This document shows positions 59,329-64,000 of a stretch of 64,000 nucleotides of DNA, one piece after another. Source of the stretch: an uncultured Bacilli bacterium (lineage in GTDB: Bacteria > Bacillota_I > Bacilli_A > RF39 > UBA660); assembly GCA_947629445.1 (NCBI GenBank), contig CANRDU010000004.1, positions 8,562 through 72,561 on the forward strand. Reading direction: 5' to 3'. The notes under the pieces were generated by a model that saw only the letters and a list, made by a program, of their open reading frames with translations, was not told the DNA's origin and searched no databases. Numbering within the stretch: position 1 is the first letter of the stretch; each line of letters begins with the position of its first letter. A program made the translations under genes and the position numbers.

Positions 59329-60372
59329 ATGAATAAAACAAAAAATGATACTGATGAGATTTTAGATGAATTGACGAGTATTGAGTATGACGATGATGAT
59401 GCTCTTACCTTGCTAGATGATGAAGAATCTTCTGTTGCAAATGTTGCTAGTATTGATGATGATTTAGCGTCTTTTTACCAAGAAGAAACGCCAAAACCAA
59501 AGGTGGAAGTAGAACCAGTGAAAAAAGAAGTTGTATCTACACCAGAGGTTATGGTAGAAAAAATAGAACTAAAGAAAGAAGAACCAGTTCCAACACCTAT
59601 TATTAAGACAGAACCACGTTCTGGAAATGTAGATGATTATCTTAGTAAATCTATGGAAAATAGAATCAATAGAGGAAATATTTCTACTAGTAATGTACCG
59701 AATGTAAGAGTAGTAGAAGAGAAGAAAATAGAAATACCTGTTCCACCTCTTCGTAGTGTAGATCCAGCTCCATCAAAGCCAGTTTCGTCAACACCAGTAC
59801 ATACGACATCTGAACCGGAAAATTTAAGTCAATTATTCGCAAAAGTTTCTAATAATGTCAAAGGAGCTTCTGATATTGTTAATAAAAATGTAGAAATTAG
59901 AAGACAAATTGATGAGAAGTATAAAGAATTACAAAAATTACAATTAGAACATGAAGCAAAAACTAAAAAGGATTATGCGGAGATTGAAGCCTACAAAGAT
60001 GATGTTTACAATAAATTGAAAGAGAGAAAAGCGGAAATTGATCAAGGCATGGTACTACTAAGTCGGGAAAAAGAAGAATTTGAAAAAGCAAAATTAACTT
60101 TTGAAACGGAAAAAGCTTCGCATATGGCGGCTCTTAAACAGAAAGAACAAGAGATTAATCAATCTTATCAAGAGCGTTTAAAGAGTATTGAACAGATTGA
60201 AAATGGACTCATTAGGAGAAAAGAACAATTAGATAAAGAAAGAGCTGCTATCCAACTTGATAGACAACAATGTGAAAAAGATAAAAAAGAACTTGCAGAA
60301 AATTTAGTAAAATTCAATAAATTAGTAGATGATTTTACCCAAGGGGTAGACCGTTTTAATGAGACAAATTAA
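59329..60372 (+). CDS. Hypothetical protein: acidic N-terminus, Pro/Val/Lys-rich middle, coiled-coil C-terminus
   Basis: 347-aa ORF with RBS gaggtga and a terminator at about 60371-60398. Confidence 0.55.
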   Translation: MNKTKNDTDEILDELTSIEYDDDDALTLLDDEESSVANVASIDDDLASFYQEETPKPKVEVEPVKKEVVSTPEVMVEKIELKKEEPVPTPIIKTEPRSGNVDDYLSKSMENRINRGNISTSNVPNVRVVEEKKIEIPVPPLRSVDPAPSKPVSSTPVHTTSEPENLSQLFAKVSNNVKGASDIVNKNVEIRRQIDEKYKELQKLQLEHEAKTKKDYAEIEAYKDDVYNKLKERKAEIDQGMVLLSREKEEFEKAKLTFETEKASHMAALKQKEQEINQSYQERLKSIEQIENGLIRRKEQLDKERAAIQLDRQQCEKDKKELAENLVKFNKLVDDFTQGVDRFNETN

Positions 60373-60432
60373 TCAAGCAAATATGCTTGATTTTTTGCCT
60401 CTATTTTGTTTATAATGAAGGTGGTGATATTT

Positions 60433-61608
60433 GTGGCATATGTAGGAATATCTAGTGGAAATTCTAGTGTAGATATTATAAAGTTAAAAGAGGGAGACGT
60501 TTGGGAAGTTGATAAATATACGATGCAATTTGAGGACTCTCAGGACCTTAGAAAGCATAATAAAAAAGCGATGGAAGAATTTAAAAGAAAATATCCTCAA
60601 TCTGGAATAGGGGCTGTTAGACTTTTTAAATCTGCCAGAAAAGATTCAAAAACTTTGAAAGAATGGGTAGTCTTCTACAAGAAACATTTAATGGCTTTCC
60701 CAAAAATTATTCAAAACCCTACTTTTATGGCGGAAGTTGTCCGATATAGTAGTTCTTATTTCGCACCCTTTGATAAAAGAATCCTACTTCATGAACCCAA
60801 AAAAGTAAAAAGGCATATGGGTAGTTACTGTATGCGATTAAAGAAGAATGATAAAAGTTTAGGAATTCAAAAGGGGTATGGACCTAAGTACTTAACTTTT
60901 GTTAGAGAAATGATTTATCAATATGGGGAGTTTTTAAAAAGACATCCTGAACAAGAAACGATTGATCAAATTTATGAAAATATGCAAAGTACTAAAAAAT
61001 CCTATCGATTAATGCATTCTCAGCCAGAAGTTGTTACTTTTGAACCTGACACAAAATCGGTTATAGAACATCCTATCGAAATTGATCCAGATTATGAAAT
61101 ATTTGATGAGAGAACTAGTGTGGAATTAGAAGAGGACCGTTTGCGGGAATTTGTTATGCACCCTCACTTTAGTCGTCACTATGAGGAACTTTTGGATCAA
61201 TATCATTTGTTTTTAATTGGTAATCGTATGGAAGATGTGGAAGATGAAAACTTTTATCGGGAAATGTTACAGTTGTTAGAAGATACCTTCTATGGTAATA
61301 TTTGCTGCCCTAATTTATTTTATCATTCCGCAGATATGGCTAATTTTAATCAAGCAAATATTGTTATTTGTTATGTCCATACACCGGATAGAGAATTAGA
61401 AAAACAAATTATGACAGCCCTTACAAACAAAGCCAATGTTGCCATTTTCTTAAAAAATTTGAAACTACAAAATCTTTATGAAAAGAAATTTCCAGAGGCT
61501 AAGATTATCCCTGTTGGAGAAGAATATGCTGCAACTTCATTAGACCAATTTTCCGATTTTATGATATCCATTTATAATCAAGAAAAAGGAAAGAAGTATT
61601 ATAAATAG
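60433..61608 (+). CDS. Hypothetical protein (about 391 aa)
   Basis: The ORF is open from 60406. RBS aaggtggtg favours the GTG at 60433. Confidence 0.5.
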   Translation: MAYVGISSGNSSVDIIKLKEGDVWEVDKYTMQFEDSQDLRKHNKKAMEEFKRKYPQSGIGAVRLFKSARKDSKTLKEWVVFYKKHLMAFPKIIQNPTFMAEVVRYSSSYFAPFDKRILLHEPKKVKRHMGSYCMRLKKNDKSLGIQKGYGPKYLTFVREMIYQYGEFLKRHPEQETIDQIYENMQSTKKSYRLMHSQPEVVTFEPDTKSVIEHPIEIDPDYEIFDERTSVELEEDRLREFVMHPHFSRHYEELLDQYHLFLIGNRMEDVEDENFYREMLQLLEDTFYGNICCPNLFYHSADMANFNQANIVICYVHTPDRELEKQIMTALTNKANVAIFLKNLKLQNLYEKKFPEAKIIPVGEEYAATSLDQFSDFMISIYNQEKGKKYYK

Positions 61609-61609
61609 T

Positions 61610-62491
61610 ATGAAAGAGTTGGTGCAATCTTTTTTAGAAATGTTGGAATATGAAAAACATTATTCTAATTATACGGTTTTAAATTATCAAAAAGATCTTT
61701 CTTCTTTCGAAGAATTTGTAGAGAAGAAAAAGTTAACTCTAGAGAAAGTAGACTATACAGCCATTCGCGAGTATTTAACCGTTTTGTATGATAAGAAGTA
61801 TTCAAATAAGACGATATCAAGACATATTAGTTCACTTCGAAGTTTCTTTAAATATGCGAAAAAAATGGGAAAAATCAAAACCAATCCGATGACATTAATT
61901 TCGAATCCAAAATTGGAACAAAAATTACCCAAGATAGTTTCCTATAGTGATTTAGAGATGATTTTAACTTCCTTGGATGATGGGACCGTGATAGGGGATA
62001 GAGATACCCTGATATTAGAAATGCTTTATGCAACAGGTATTCGTGTGAGTGAATTAGTGTCTATTAAAATACCGGATATTGATTTTCAAAATCGTGAGAT
62101 TCGTATTTTAGGAAAGGGAAATAAAGAACGAATTGTTCTTTTTGGAAGTCGGTGTTTGCAATTGTTAGAAAAATATCTCAACAATGCTTACCCTACTTTG
62201 AATCAAAAAGGGGAATCTTATCTTCTCTTAGGAAAAAGAGGCAATAAAATTAATGAACGACAGGTGCGAACAATTGTAGATAAAGCAGTATCAAAAGCAG
62301 GACTAAAGTTACACATTTCTCCGCACGTTTTAAGACATACTTTCGCTACTCATATGTTAAATGAGGGCGCTGATTTAAGGAGTGTACAACAATTGTTGGG
62401 ACATGAGTCATTAAGCACGACAACTATCTATACACATGTTTCCAATGAAAGACTTAGAAATGTTTATTTGCATACTCATCCACGAGCTTAG
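61610..62491 (+). CDS. Tyrosine recombinase XerC/XerD family
   Basis: RHTFATHML...LLGHESLSTTTIYTHV catalytic R-H-R-Y region. 293 aa. Confidence 0.85.
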   Translation: MKELVQSFLEMLEYEKHYSNYTVLNYQKDLSSFEEFVEKKKLTLEKVDYTAIREYLTVLYDKKYSNKTISRHISSLRSFFKYAKKMGKIKTNPMTLISNPKLEQKLPKIVSYSDLEMILTSLDDGTVIGDRDTLILEMLYATGIRVSELVSIKIPDIDFQNREIRILGKGNKERIVLFGSRCLQLLEKYLNNAYPTLNQKGESYLLLGKRGNKINERQVRTIVDKAVSKAGLKLHISPHVLRHTFATHMLNEGADLRSVQQLLGHESLSTTTIYTHVSNERLRNVYLHTHPRA

Positions 62492-62504
62492 GGGGATTAT
62501 ATAT

Positions 62505-63029
62505 ATGTATAGAGATGACCTTCGAGAACTACGTTCTCAAAAAAGACAAGCAATGTTTGTCATTCTTCAAGAATTTATAAATATTTATGTAAAAATGCGA
62601 TTATTTTTTCCAAACTTAAAAGAAGAGAGAAAAAATTTAGTTCAACTAGTAAAACTGTATATGCAGACAGATGCTAATGAAAGTGAGATTCTGGGATTAA
62701 TAGAGAAACGATTTGGAAAGTACGAGGATCATGAATCCGTCGATGAGATGTTAGAGGAATTTGATCAATTGTTCCTAAATTTATTCCAACACTGTGAACT
62801 TACATTTGATGATTATCAAAGTGTTATATGGGAGTATGGAGATTTTATAAACTTATTAAGTATGCGAATGCAATCTTTCTTTCAAGATAAACCGTATGAG
62901 CCAGGACGAGATATCCGCCATTGGATGAAGCATAGACCACTTTCCTTCCCCCTATTTGATAATGAATATAAGGAAAAAATGAAAATTAAAATTCCGCATT
63001 TATCAGAACCAGAGGAGGTAGATTTTTAA
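62505..63029 (+). CDS. Hypothetical protein (174 aa)
   Basis: The ATG at 62505 follows RBS taggggga. The ORF-track start at 62436 overlaps xer. Confidence 0.5.
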   Translation: MYRDDLRELRSQKRQAMFVILQEFINIYVKMRLFFPNLKEERKNLVQLVKLYMQTDANESEILGLIEKRFGKYEDHESVDEMLEEFDQLFLNLFQHCELTFDDYQSVIWEYGDFINLLSMRMQSFFQDKPYEPGRDIRHWMKHRPLSFPLFDNEYKEKMKIKIPHLSEPEEVDF

Positions 63030-63610
63030 TGGCTAAACTTTATTTTCGATATGGTGCGATGAACTGTGGAAAGACGACTGCCTTATTACAGGTTGCCCAT
63101 AATTATGAGGAAAAAGGGTTAAAAGTTTTAGTAGTAAAACCTTCTATCGATACCAAAGGGGGAAAATGCATTGTTTCTAGATTAGGAATTAAAAGAAAAG
63201 TAGATATTTGGTTAAGGCCTAAAGATAATGTTCGTGCGACTATTGATACAACGGGAGTTTCTTGTATTCTTGTTGATGAAGCACAATTTCTAAAACCAGA
63301 TCAAGTGCAGGATTTCTGGTTATTAGCTAAGATTTATAATGTTCCGGTTATCTGTTATGGACTTCGCACTACTTTTCAGACCAAGTTTTTTCAAGGAAGT
63401 GCTCCCCTTATGGAACTTGCTGACGAGTTAGAGGAACTGGTAACTATTTGTAAGTGTGGTGAGAAAGCAAAATTTCAAGCTCGCAAAGTAAATGGGGTTT
63501 TTGTAACGGAAGGAAGCGAAGTTGCGATAGACGGAGAAAATGAGGTTACCTACGAATCTTTATGTGGAAAATGTTATATTGAAGATGTGTTAGGAATTCA
63601 TGAACTTTAA
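63029..63610 (+). CDS. tdk: Thymidine kinase
   Basis: P-loop GAMNCGKT, VDEAQF and a C-terminal zinc motif CKCG...CGKC. Confidence 0.9.
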   Translation: MAKLYFRYGAMNCGKTTALLQVAHNYEEKGLKVLVVKPSIDTKGGKCIVSRLGIKRKVDIWLRPKDNVRATIDTTGVSCILVDEAQFLKPDQVQDFWLLAKIYNVPVICYGLRTTFQTKFFQGSAPLMELADELEELVTICKCGEKAKFQARKVNGVFVTEGSEVAIDGENEVTYESLCGKCYIEDVLGIHEL

Positions 63611-63673
63611 GATTTTGTTATTTTGACAAAATCTTTTTTGTTTGTTAGAATACACTTACGTAGAGGTGGAAAT

Positions 63674-64000
63674 ATGCAATATGAAAATCATTTAGAGAAT
63701 TATCTTTATGAGGGTGTATTACAAACTAGTATTGTTCCTATCTCTTATCATAGTTATGATGGAAAGAAAAGGGGACAGGAGATTGCATCGTTTTTAACGT
63801 TTTATCCTGATTTTTTTGAACAATTTTTTCAAGGTAAAATAGAAGCGATTAATATGGAAGAGCAAGTAGGAATACAATCTCCAACTGTTGTGAATATTCC
63901 CGTTAGGAAAAAACCATATGATGATATGGAATTGATGTCGATCTTTACCACTTTTATGGAGGATGCTCCTAAAGAAAAAGTCGGATATCAAAAAGTACTT
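63674..64000 (+). CDS. Hypothetical protein, 5' partial (runs off the window end)
   Basis: ATG after RBS agaggtgga, then an open frame (MQYENHLENYLYEGVLQ...) to the last base. Not listed in the ORF track because it has no stop in the window. Confidence 0.5.
   Translation, partial: MQYENHLENYLYEGVLQTSIVPISYHSYDGKKRGQEIASFLTFYPDFFEQFFQGKIEAINMEEQVGIQSPTVVNIPVRKKPYDDMELMSIFTTFMEDAPKEKVGYQKVL

Noticed and set aside
63794-63991. 65-aa minus-strand ORF near the window end.
   Set aside because: It lies antisense to a plus-strand frame that starts at 63674 behind a good RBS and stays open to the end of the window.

Overview
This 64-kb window comes from a low-GC Firmicute that uses the standard genetic code. 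The gene content (rpoE delta subunit, dnaD-like/dnaI, spoVS, T-box leaders, class A PBP) suggests a Bacilli/Erysipelotrichia-like chromosome; that is an inference. All calls were made by eye from the sequence and the ORF track, with no searches run, so family names come from remembered motifs, and hairpin and promoter coordinates are hand-counted.

From about 15.9 kb to 64 kb the genes are almost all plus-strand housekeeping genes: sufU/sufB, pdp-deoD-add nucleoside salvage, rpoZ, an M16 peptidase pair, secG, replication initiation, T-box-thrS, a sigma-70 gene, a PBP, argS, rpoE, prfA, prmC, rnhB, T-box-pheST, priA, xer and tdk.

Bases 1-15.7 kb are visibly more AT-rich and heterogeneous, and end at a stand-alone tRNA-Gly(UCC). 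This accessory region holds:
- a run of monocistronic orphan genes;
- a SipW-type signal-peptidase operon (a TasA-like substrate, a peptidase fused to a polytopic membrane domain, and a two-TM partner);
- a putative integrative mobilizable element carrying a large serine recombinase, a MobV relaxase, an HhaI-like m5C R-M pair, and a frameshifted ASCH gene coupled to an unrecognisable 511-aa membrane-anchored protein.

Best candidates for undescribed biology:
1. The ASCH + 511-aa operon next to the R-M system (7901-9832).
2. A SigA-like sigma factor with a ~515-aa C-terminal extension built from repeated sigma-region-4-like modules, plus an overlapping sigma4-like downstream gene (33324-37119).
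3. A Sec-secreted small protein + three membrane proteins + ABC ATPase locus, with a decayed duplicate fragment upstream (44021-47784).
4. The SipW fusion operon (4917-7405).
5. An unknown 323-aa gene inserted between a T-box leader and a thrS that lacks its TGS domain.
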